Source: Eledone cirrhosa (lineage: Eukaryota). From it: 64,000 nt of DNA. The notes under the pieces are model-generated. The model searched no databases and was not told where the DNA came from. It saw only the letters and a program-made list of their open reading frames with translations. The stretch is taken from positions 62,001 through 126,000 of the forward strand of contig CAXHJY010000151.1 in the NCBI GenBank assembly GCA_964016885.1, in the 5' to 3' direction. Each line of letters begins with the position of its first letter. The first letter of the stretch is position 1. A program made the position numbers and the translations under genes. Positions 1 through 10,288 of the stretch are shown one piece after another.

Positions 1-360
1 TTAATATGAGGGGTATTAGTAGTATATGTGCCATATTTAATACAGAGATGGCTTCTAAATGGAGGTATCTCATTAATTCGATTGAAATGGTAGTGTATAT
101 GCAATATTTAATACAGAAATAGCTTCTACAAGAATAAAACTCATTAATATGAAGGTTATTATTACATTATATGCCATATTTAATACAGAAATCGGTTCTA
201 AAGGACTAGAACTCTTTAATTCAAATCAAATAGTAGTATAAAGCAATATTTACTACAGAAATGGCTTCTACAAGACTAAAAATCCTTAATATGAGGGGTA
301 TTGTTAGATTATATACCATATTTAATACAGAAATGGCTTCTAAATGAAGAAATCTCTTTA
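1..360. repeat. AT-rich ~71-bp minisatellite (full array at 29355-30120)
   Basis: ATATTTAATACAGAAATGGCTTCTA-like motif at 33, 104, 176, 246, 318. Confidence 0.85.
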
Positions 361-1021
361 ATTCGATAGTAATAGTAATAATAATAATAGTAATAGTAAT
401 AATACAGCCAATTTTCCACGCAATACTTTTAGTTAGCACCCCGAACGCATAATTGGGAATATAATCACTTATTTCCTAATGTTTGTTGAGTGAGTTGGGA
501 AAAAAAACTTGGGAAATATATTTTCAGGGTCTCAAAATCTTAAAGAGAAAAAAAAGTCCTGTGGAAGGTAGCAAAACAATTAGGAAGAAAATGGTTTGAA
601 GTTGGTTGGTGAGTATAAGATTACAGTATCTTGTTGATTTCTATAAAGTTTACTTTTAACTGAATTGGTAAAAATGGATAAATTAGAAGACACAATATAA
701 TAACTAATATTGTCTTCTAAAACAGGGAATAAAAATATGTTGGTGTATTGGGGGGGGGGGGGTAAACATGTGAGTTAATGGGAATGTTTTTGTTTGTTTT
801 TATTGAAACATATTCAATCTACAGATAGGTTGTTATAGTTATTTAGTCTCGGGTCTGCCATTATCTGCAGATTTATAATTGAGGGGTGTTCCAGGTGTGA
901 CCACCCTACATTATTCCTAGAGATTGTTACTCCTTCATTCTTCAGTCATCTTGGTCTTCTTATGAGATGGTGGTGTAGTCTTATTTATTGTTAAGGTTAT
1001 GGTCTTCCTTTGTCCACACTC

Positions 1022-1059
<38 letters not shown>

Positions 1060-1304
1060 AAAGGCTTCCTTCTCTGGAAAAAGATGATTTAATATTCACA
1101 ACCATCTGTCTAATTGTTTTCTGATGAGAATAAAGTTAATCTTGCTTGTATGTCTACCTGATCAAATGACTGGCTGATATCTTGAAGTCATTTACACCAC
1201 AGAACTGTAGGAGTCTTGATCCCTCAAGCCATACCTCTAGCCATCATGTACTCCAAAAGAGTCTCACCTTGGTGCTACTCAACATGTCCATTAAATTTAG
1301 CAGC

Positions 1305-2090
1305 AAGGATGCCCTCTTCTTAGTGAGAGACAACTACAAGAGAGGTTCTTAGAGAAGAATAAGCCACTATAGTTAACTTTTGTTGACATAGAGAACCCCG
1401 ATCTGTCATCTGGTGGTCCTTAAGGAAACTAGGTGTAGGGGAATGGCTTGTGAGGACAGTGCAAGCTATGTACAAGGGTGCTGTCAGTAAAGTGAGAGGA
1501 GGAATTCCAGAAACAAAGTAGGTGTACATCAGGGTTCGGTCCTCAGTCCGCTCTTGTTCATTATAGTCCTCCCTCCCTCCCTCCCTCCCTCCCTCCAAGC
1601 CATAACAGAGGAGGAGTAGTTTAAGACTGGATGCCCATGGGAACTTCTCTATGCTGACGATCTGGTTCTTATAGCAGAATCAGTAGAGGAGCTAGCTAGA
1701 GAATAAATTCTGGCTATGGAAACAGCAGTAGTTGGAATCAAGAAGACTGAGAGTGAACCTAGCTAAGACAAAAGTGTTTATAAGTAGAAGAGAGGACAAA
1801 ACTCTGATTCTGTCAGGGAAATGGCCATGTTCGATATGTAGGAAAGGAGTTGGCATAAATTCTATGAAATGTAGTACGCAATGCAGATCTTGGCTACACA
1901 AGAGATGTAGTGGGATAGCAGGAAAACTGACTGACAGGTAGGGAGAAATACGTATGCAGTAGATGTACAGGGAAATTTGACAGAGATTGCAGTGATAGAC
2001 ACATTTTTCAAATGCAGGTGGGATCTATAGAGGGAGTTGATAGCTTCTGATACCTAGGTGATCAGATTAGTAAGGGAGGAGGGTGATATA
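1305..2090 (+). mobile_element. decayed RTE-type LINE reverse transcriptase fragment with embedded Cys/His (PHD-like) finger
   Basis: Translates in pieces to WLVRTVQAMY, VGVHQGSV, ELLYADDLVLIAES (YADD at 1650-1661) and WPCSICRKGVG..C..C..WLHKRC; contains stops and frameshifts. Copy at 31067-31852. Confidence 0.85.
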
Positions 2091-2499
2091 AAATATATTG
2101 TTATCATGACTGTCTTTATTATTTAAATTACCTCTGTCTATTTACAGATTTTACAGAGTGTACTGGGTGCTTTTATGATGGGAGCAGCAACTCTATACGA
2201 TTTTACAGAGTGTACTTGGTGCTTTTATCATGGCACATGGCAGCAGCAGCAGCAGCAACTACGATTTTACAGAGTGTACTTGGTGCTTTTTACTCTGACA
2301 TCAGCACTGAGGAAGTTGTCATATTTTCAGCTAAATTAATGAGTAGAAAAACCAAGTTTCTGCTACAAAAAATTCTCAGATTCAAGGGAGACATTCAGTT
2401 TAAGTATGGTATACTGTCACTAAGGCAGCAAATTGGCAGAGTCGCTAGAATATCAGATAGCATTCTTTACATTATTTGTTTCAGCTCTCTGTTCTCTCA

Positions 2500-2582
2500 A
2501 TTCAAATCCTGCTCAGGTCAACTTTGCCTTTCATCCATACAAAATAGATTAATAAAAGTACCAGTGTATTACTGGGGTCAAT
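2500..2582 (+). mobile_element. SINE fragment
   Basis: TTCAAATCCTGCTCAGGTCAACTTTGCCTTTCATCC...TACCAGTGTATTACTGGGGTC; same family as 20932-21045. Confidence 0.65.
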
Positions 2583-2614
2583 TCTTCTTCTAACTCTTCT
2601 GCACTTCCATTCTC

Positions 2615-2691
<77 letters not shown>

Positions 2692-2959
2692 GCTTCTTTA
2701 GAACACATCTGCTGTATTCAGACCTGGAGCGGAGATGGGCTCCACCAAGTTTTAAAAATTGCCCTTTAAGCGCTGTATGTCAATATGGTGCCCCTATGAT
2801 TCCCTCCCTCAGGAGTTATGGGACCATAGATACTGTCAATTGTAAAGAATAACAGAGATATTCAGTGCTAGTGTGGTGTTCTGTCAGTTGTGGAGATTGA
2901 TGAATCTAAACAGAAATATCAACAGCACTTTTCATTTCTGAGTAACACATTTGTTACCA

Positions 2960-3112
2960 AGTGCTGCATGGCTGGAATGAAAATCAGTGCTGTGAAAACC
3001 AAGACATTCATCCTCTCAAGGAAGCTTGTGCAGTGCACTCTACATGTAAATGGAGTCCCACTGAAGCAGGTAGAAAAGTTCATGTATCTCGAAGCTGTGT
3101 TCACGAGTGATG
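2960..3112 (+). mobile_element. LINE RT C-terminal fragment
   Basis: AGMKISAVKTK...NGVPLKQVEKFMYL resembles non-LTR RT domains 6-7. Copy at 32682-32834. Confidence 0.7.
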
Positions 3113-3253
3113 ACAGAGACGGCAAAGGCACAACACACAACAGAAGAAAAGAACAATGACAATTATTATTATTATTATTATTATTATTATTTGTTTTATT
3201 AGTTTTATTATAATAAAAATTGTGCTGTTAGTTTGCTTGCTATACCATCATGT

Positions 3254-3341
3254 ACCCTAACCCTAAACCTAACCCCAACTCCAACTCTGACCCTAAACCT
3301 AACCCCAACCCCAACCCTAACCCTAACCCTAACCCTAACCC
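3254..3341. repeat. interstitial telomere-type (CCCTAA)n tract
   Basis: Degenerate then perfect CCCTAA units abutting the 169-bp array. Copy at 32973-33066. Confidence 0.8.
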
Positions 3342-4092
3342 ACGATAGAAGACGTTCGTTACCGCTGGAGCAACGCAAATTACTCCTCGGTTGACGCCAA
3401 AAACGAACGCCTTCTCGACGGCTAGCCGCATTTCGTGATCCGCCTTTCGATTGCGCTTCCGTCGCGGAAAAAGAATTGCCTTTATAGGCCGCCGCCGCCC
3501 GACCGGACCCACGATAGAAGACGTTCGTTACCGCTGGAGCAACGCAAATTACTCCTCGGTTGACGCCAAAAACGAACGCCTTCTCGACGGCTAGCCGCAT
3601 TTCGTGATCCGCCTTTCGATTGCGCTTCCGTCGCGGAAAAAGAATTGCCTTTATAGGCCGCCGCCGCCCGACCGGACCCACGATAGAAGACGTTCGTTAC
3701 CGCTGGAGCAACGCAAATTACTCCTCGGTTGACGCCAAAAACGAACGCCTTCTCGACGGCTAGCCGCATTTCGTGATCCGCCTTTCGATTGCGCTTCCGT
3801 CGCGGAAAAAGAATTGCCTTTATAGGCCGCCGCCGCCCGACCGGACCCACGATAGAAGACGTTCGTTACCGCTGGAGCAACGCAAATTACTCCTCGGTTG
3901 ACGCCAAAAACGAACGCCTTCTCGACGGCTAGCCGCATTTCGTGATCCGCCTTTCGATTGCGCTTCCGTCGCGGAAAAAGAATTGCCTTTATAGGCCGCC
4001 GCCGCCGCCCGACCGGACCCACGATAGAAGACGTTCGTTACCGCTGGAGCAACGCAAATTACTCCTCGGTTGACGCCAAAAACGAACGCCTT
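3341..4092 (+). repeat. 169/172-bp tandem repeat, ~4.4 units; rDNA spacer (IGS/ETS)-like subrepeats
   Basis: Units start at 3341, 3510, 3679, 3848, 4020; CpG-rich; ends ~360 bp upstream of the 18S 5' end. The spacer role is inferred from position. Confidence 0.85.
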
Positions 4093-4450
4093 CCGGTTCG
4101 GGCGACGTAAAAGTCTGTAGCCTTTTCGCCGATCCTCGACGATTATCCGCCTTCCGAACAACCGCCTTTCCGCCGTCACAGCAGTAGGTACTCGTCCGTC
4201 GTAATAGCCGTCATTTTAATGCAGGAGAAACGCCTAAATGCACTGCGATTGACGACGATCTACGACGCGCTTACTCTTCCTTGCTGCGACGAAGGTTTCG
4301 TTCGGCTTTTCGTCGTGGACCCGGTCAGGTCATGCCGCTGATCTCGCGTTGCGTCGTTACCGCTGGAGCAACGCAAATTACTCCTCGTTTAACGCCAACA
4401 TCGAACGCGCTTCGGTTCTCGGTCGTCGTGGTTTTGTTTCGTGCGGAAGA
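4093..4450 (+). other. 5'ETS-like leader
   Basis: GC/CpG-rich sequence directly preceding the 18S 5' terminus; positional inference. Copy at 33827-34176. Confidence 0.55.
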
Positions 4451-4635
4451 TACCTGGGTGATCCTGCCAGTAGTCATATGCTTGTCTCAAAGCTTAAGCC
4501 ATGCAAGTGGAAGTTCATGCCGTAAACGAAAATGGTGAAACCGCGAATGGCTCAGGAACCGGATCTAATCCTCGGGACCGTATTCCTCACCGCGAGGAGA
4601 GGATAACTGTGGCAATTCTAGAGCTAATACATGCA
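4451..4635 (+). pseudogene. 18S rRNA 5'-terminal fragment (~185 nt), diverged
   Basis: TACCTGGgTGATCCTGCCAGTAGTCATATGCTTGTCTCAAAGcTTAAGCCATGCA...GGTGAAACCGCGAATGGCTCA...GGATAACTGTGGCAATTCTAGAGCTAATACATGC matches the eukaryotic 18S 5' consensus. Confidence 0.93.
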
Positions 4636-4639
4636 ATTG

Positions 4640-7600
4640 AGATCGGAGAGGGAGCGATCCGTCTGCTTGATTCCGATAACGAACGAGACATTCGTATCCG
4701 AAAGAACGTTTGTCTGGAAACTGGTGCAGTCAGTGAGTCGAAAAAAAAATATCTCGGTGGTAGTAGCAAATATTCGAACGAGACATTCGTATGCGAAAGA
4801 ACGTTTGTCGGTGGTAGTAGCAAATATTCGAACGAGACATTCGTATGCGAAAGAACGTTTGTCTGGAAGTGGCGATCCATGCCCGGTGGATAGTTGGTTC
4901 CGGGTTTTACTATGATTGTTGCAAAACAGAAACTTAAAGGGATTGACAGAATTTGCGATTCCGGAGAGAGGGCGATCCGTCTGCTTGATTCCGATAACGA
5001 ACGAGACATTCGTATCCGAAAGAACGTTTGTCTGGAAACTGGTGAGTCAGTGAGTCGAAAAAAAAATATCTCGGTGGTAGTAGCAAATATTCGTATGCGA
5101 AAGAAAAGATCTCGGTGGTAGTAGCAAATATTCGAACGAGACATTCGTAGGCGAAAGAAAAATATCTCGGTGGTAGTAGCAAATATTCGAACGAGACATT
5201 CGTATGCGAAAGAACGTTTGTCTGGAAGTGGCGATCCATGCCCGGTGGATAGTTGGTTCCGGGTTTTACTATGATTGTTGCAAAACAAAAACTTAAAGGG
5301 ATTGACAGAATTTGCGATTCCGGAGAGAGGGCGATCCGTCTGCTTGATTCCGATAACGAACGAGACATTCGTATCCGAAAGAACGTTTGTCTGGAAACTG
5401 GTGAGTCAGTGAGTCGAAAAAAAAATATCTCGGTGGTAGTAGCAAATATTCGAACGAGACATTCGTATGCGAAAGAACGTTTGTCGGTGGTAGTAGCAAA
5501 TATTCGAACGAGACATTCGTATGCGAAAGAACGTTTGTCTGGAAGTGGCGATCCATGCCCGGTGGATAGTTGGTTCCGGGTTTTACTATGATTGTTGCAA
5601 AACAGAAACTTAAAGGGATTGACAGAATTTGCGATTACGGAGAGGGGGCGATCCGTCTGCTTGATTCCGATAACGAACGAGACATTCGTATCCGAAAGAA
5701 CGTTTGTCTGGAAACTGGTGAGTCAGTGAGTCGAAAAAAAAATATCTCGGTGGTAGTGGCAAATATTCGAACGAGACATTCGTATGCGAAAGAACGTTTG
5801 TCGGTGGTAGTAGCAAATATTCGAACGAGACATTCGTATGCGAAAGAACGTTTGTCTGGAAGTGGCGATCCATGCCCGGTGGATAGTTGGTTCCGGGTTT
5901 TACTATGATTGTTGCAAAACAGAAACTTAAAGGGATTGACAGAATTTGCGATTACGGAGAGGGGGCGATCCGTCTGCTTGATTCCGATAACGAACGAGAC
6001 ATTCGTATCCGAAAGAACGTTTGTCTGGAAACTGGTGAGTCAGTGAGTCGAAAAAAAAATATCTCGGTGGTAGTAGCAAATATTCGAACGAGACATTCGT
6101 ATGCGAAAGAACGTTTGTCGGTGGTAGTAGCAAATATTCGAACGAGACATTCGTATGCGAAAGAACGTTTGTCTGGAAGTGGCGATCCATGCCCGGTGGA
6201 TAGTTGGTTCCGGGTTTTACTATGATTGTTGCAAAACAGAAACTTAAAGGGATTGACAGAATTTGCGATTACGGAGAGGGGGCGATCCGTCTGCTTGATT
6301 CCGATAACGAACGAGACATTCGTATCCGAAAGAACGTTTGTCTGGAAACTGGTGAGTCAGTGAGTCGAAAAAAAAATATCTCGGTGGTAGTGGCAAATAT
6401 TCGAACGAGACATTCGTATGCGAAAGAACGTTTGTCGGTGGTAGTAGCAAATATTCGAACGAGACATTCGTATGCGAAAGAACGTTTGTCTGGAAGTGGC
6501 GATCCATGCCCGGTGGATAGTTGGTTCCGGGTTTTACTATGATTGTTGCAAAACAGAAACTTAAAGGGATTGACAGAATTTGCGATTACGGAGAGGGGGC
6601 GATCCGTCTGCTTGATTCCGATAACGAACGAGACATTCGTATCCGAAAGAACGTTTGTCTGGAAACTGGTGAGTCAGTGAGTCGAAAAAAAAATATCTCG
6701 GTGGTAGTAGCAAATATTCGAACGAGACATTCGTATGCGAAAGAACGTTTGTCGGTGGTAGTAGCAAATATTCGAACGAGACATTCGTATGCGAAAGAAC
6801 GTTTGTCTGGAAGTGGCGATCCATGCCCGGTGGATAGTTGGTTCCGGGTTTTACTATGATTGTTGCAAAACAGAAACTTAAAGGGATTGACAGAATTTGC
6901 GATTACGGAGAGGGGGCGATCCGTCTGCTTGATTCCGATAACGAACGAGACATTCGTATCCGAAAGAACGTTTGTCTGGAAACTGGTGAGTCAGTGAGTC
7001 GAAAAAAAAAATATCTCGGTGGTAGTAGCAAATATTCGTATGCGAAAGAAAAGATCTCGGTGGTAGTAGCAAATATTCGAACGAGACATTCGTAGGCGAA
7101 AGAAAAATATCTCGGTGGTAGTAGCAAATATTCGAACGAGACATTCGTATTCGAAAGAACGTTTGTCTGGAAGTTGCGATCCATGCCCGGTGGATAGTTG
7201 GTTCCGGGCTTTACTATGATTGTTGCAAAACAGAAACTTAAAGGGATTGACAGAATTTGCGATTCCGGAGAGGGGGCGATCCGTCTGCTTGATTTCGATA
7301 ACGAACGAGACATTCGTATCCGAAAGAACGTTTGTCTGGAAACTGGTGAGTCAGTGAGTCGAAAAAAAAAATATCTCGGTGGTAGTAGCAAATATTCGAA
7401 CGAGACATTCGTATGCGAAAGAACGTTTGTCGGTGGTAGTAGCAAATATTCGAACGAGACATTCGTATGCGAAAGAACGTTTGTCGGTGGTAGTAGCAAA
7501 TATTCGAACGAGACATTCGTATGCGAAAGAACGTTTGTCTGGAAGTGGCGATCCATGCCCGGTGGATAGTTGGTTCCGGGTTTTACTATGATTGTTGCAA

Positions 7601-8250
7601 AACAGAAACTTAAAGGGATTGACAGAATTTGCGATTCCAGAGAGAGGGCGATCCGTCTGCTTGATTCCGATAACGAACGAGACATTCGTATCCGAAAGAA
7701 CGTTTGTCTGGAAACTGGTGAGTCAGTGAGTCGAAAAAAAAATATCTCGGTGGTAGTAGCAAATATTCGAACGAGACATTCGTATGCGAAAGAACGTTTG
7801 TCTGGAAGTGGCGATCCATGCTCGGTGGATAGTTGGTTCCGGGTTTTACTATGATTGTTGCAAAACAGAAACTTAAAGGGATTGACAGAATTTGCGATTC
7901 CGGAGAGGGGGCGATCCGTCTGCTTGATTCCGATAACGAACGAGACATTCGTATCCGAAAGAACGTTTGTCTGGAAACTGGTGAGTCAGTGAGTCGAAAA
8001 AAAAATATCTCGGTGGTAGTAGCAAATATTCGTATGCGAAAGAAAAGATCTCGGTGGTAGTAGCAAATATTCGAACGAGACATTCGTATGCGAAAGAAAA
8101 ATATCTCGGTGGTAGTAGCAAATATTCGAACGAGACATTCGTATTCGAAAGAACGTTTGTCTGGAAGTTGCGATCCATGCCCGGTGGATAGTTGGTTCCG
8201 GGCTTTACTATGATTGTTGCAAAACAGAAACTTAAAGGAATTGACAGAAT
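4640..8250 (+). repeat. rRNA-mosaic tandem array (317-bp monomer; 263-372 bp variants; 54-bp subrepeat)
   Basis: TTGGTTCCGGG anchors at 4894, 5253, 5570, 5887, 6204, 6521, 6838, 7198, 7570, 7833, 8192. Contains 18S motifs (GAAACTTAAAGG.ATTGAC, CGATTCCGGAGAGGG, TTCCGATAACGAACGAGAC) and a 28S motif (ATCTcGGTGGTAGTAGCAAATATTC). Confidence 0.92.
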
Positions 8251-8280
8251 TTTCGAATCGACATCAACTCGGCTACGGCT

Positions 8281-8625
8281 ATCCCGTCGAGTACGAGAGT
8301 ATCGCGGGATCAGAGCAACGGTTTGCTAGGCTGCCTCTGAGCGATAACGGCTGAACGCCTCCTCTAAGCCGGAACCCTAGCCGGACCCGAGTTGTTTTTC
8401 GACAAGCTTCTCGACCTTCTTAAGGCCCATGCCTTAGTTTGGCGATTGCCGTCCGTTCGCCGACGGCGGCAGCGTCAGCGGAAATGCCATTCTGTGACGA
8501 CTACGACGATTCGTCGTCGTCGTCGTCCATTCGATTTCCTGAAAGAGATAGAGACTAAAGTGATCAAATTGTTCGGAGTTACGTGCTTAGTAGAGCAGCT
8601 ACCACACTGCAATCTATTGAGAGTT
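8281..8625 (+). pseudogene. 28S rRNA 3'-terminal fragment, strongly diverged
   Basis: Sarcin-ricin-like AGTACGAGAG (8290-8299), CTGAACGCCTC..TAAG (~8351-8368) and AGTAGAGCAGCTACCACACTGCAATCTATTGAGAGT (~8590-8625), colinear with the 28S 3' end. Confidence 0.8.
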
Positions 8626-9499
8626 TTCTGACGAACGATACAATCCGCCCACGTGGCGCCAGAAAGGGAGAAGAAAAGAAAAGTTAGACGCCGCCGATCG
8701 ATCGGTTCGTTGTTTTACGTGTACACAGCTTGTGTGTGTGTCTGTATGTGATACAAGCCGCCTATCCGTCTTCCAAGTAAGTTTTGTGTGTAGACTGCGG
8801 AAAGAAATCCAATCCGCCGTCTAGGCGGTTCTGCCGCCGACCCATACTTTTGCGAGTCGCTCCCGGGAAAGACAGGCGGCAAGACGGCGTGTATACACGA
8901 CGCCTTCCGTCTTCCGCCTCGAACCCGGGCAAACGTTCCTTTATTCGTCCACGCCTTCCCGCTTCGATCGCGAGAAAGTAATCAATCTGTTTTGTGTGTG
9001 TGTCTGTGTGTGATACAAATTTGTTTTCTTAATTTGATAACCATGAATTGTTTCAACACCGGCCCTTTTAAGGGCCACTTATATTTTCAATAATCAGTTT
9101 AAATGGGTTGCACCGTAGCCACTTGGTAATACACTGCAAATCTCCCGTCAATCTATGAAGGTTTTGTAGTAGATTAGATCAAAACACAATCAGCAAGACA
9201 GTAATGGAATGAATAATATAAACATTTGTTTATAATTAAAGCCTTAAGATGTCCCTCCCTCCCTCCCTTCCTCCCTTCCTTCCTTCCTTCCTTCCTTCCT
9301 TACGATATACACTTTAATAACATTGAAACTTATTTAATAAGTTTAAATTTTAAACACTTTTTATTCAGACGTACCGCGATAAGTAACTAGATATGTTCTA
9401 ACGAATAATCCGCGATGTGGCGAGGATTACCGCGATAGGAAATTAGATACGTTCCAAAGAAATATCCGCGAAAAGTGAACCGCGATATAGCGGGTTCAC

Positions 9500-9563
9500 C
9501 AGCCAGTGTATTACTGGTACTTTATTTTATCGACCCCCATAAGGATGAAAGGCAAAGTTAACT
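9500..9563 (-). mobile_element. SINE fragment
   Basis: Reverse complement of the GTTAACTTTGCCTTTCATCCTT..GGGGTCGATAAAATAAAGTACCAG core. Confidence 0.7.
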
Positions 9564-9657
9564 GTGCAATAACAAAGGGAGATAACCTCGTCTTTTTTTT
9601 TTTACGGAGTTATTTCCCTTTAAATTTTATCTATTACTTATGATGATACAATTTAAT

Positions 9658-9788
9658 CAGTTCTTAGCTGTCGAGACACTGCATCCTTTAAAACCTCCAT
9701 GGAACAAGCTACCTGCAACAGTTGTTAGCTGTCGAGACACTGCATCTTTTAAAACCTCCATGGAACAAACTACCTGCATCAGTTGTTA
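9658..9788. repeat. 61-bp direct tandem duplication
   Basis: CAGTT.TTAG at 9658, 9719, 9780 with two near-identical units. Confidence 0.8.
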
Positions 9789-9846
9789 GGGTCTGAGTTC
9801 AAATCACGCCGAGGAGGTTAACTTTGCCTTTCATCCTTACGGGGTC
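9789..9846 (+). mobile_element. truncated SINE (B-box plus start of core)
   Basis: GGTCTGAGTTCAAATCACGCCGAG..GTTAACTTTGCCTTTCATCCTTACGGGGTCG. Confidence 0.7.
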
Positions 9847-10057
9847 GGTCGGAAAACGAACCATTCCCGGTTCGCTTTCGAAGCGGGTTTCCGAAAACAG
9901 CGCTTCTCTCGACCGGGCCCGTCGTCCGCTCGGCGGTGGTTTTCATCGTCCCAGGCACGGCTAACAGGCGGAGACGGGACAAACGCGCGTGTTCCTTTTT
10001 TTATCAGCCGCAGCGCCGTTCGTATATATGCTTAGGTTGTTTTTTTTTTAAATATCC

Positions 10058-10288
10058 TAAGTTAAGTTGGGGCTAAGTTAAGTTGGGGCTAAGTTAAGTT
10101 GAGGTTAAGTTGAGTTGGGGTTAAGTTAAGTGGGGGTTAAGTTAAGCTGGGGTTAAGTTAAGTTGAGGTTAAGTTAAGTTGGGGTTAAGTCAAGTTGGGG
10201 TTAAGTTAAGTTGGGGTTAAGTTAGGTTGGGGTTAAGTTAGGTTGGGGTTAAGTTAAGTTGGGGTTAAGTTAGGTTGCGGTTAAGTTA
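10058..10288 (+). repeat. G-rich 16-bp minisatellite (GGGGTTAAGTTAAGTT)n
   Basis: About 14 units read directly. Copy at 39575-39805. Confidence 0.9.

Noticed and set aside
1732-1941. Host PHD/zinc-finger gene
   Set aside because: It lies inside a decayed LINE RT between YADD and YLG motifs, and similar fragments recur at 23660 and 25570.
4640-8250. CRISPR-like array
   Set aside because: There are no unique spacers, whole monomers repeat, the context is eukaryotic and no cas genes are present.
4451-8625. Functional 18S/28S rRNA genes
   Set aside because: Only ~185 nt of contiguous 18S and ~340 nt of degenerate 28S; no 5.8S or ITS seen; universally conserved positions are altered.
9365-9495. 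Repeated CCGCGAT motifs, possibly a pogo/Tigger-like MITE end
   Set aside because: No second TIR or target duplication found, so it cannot be supported.
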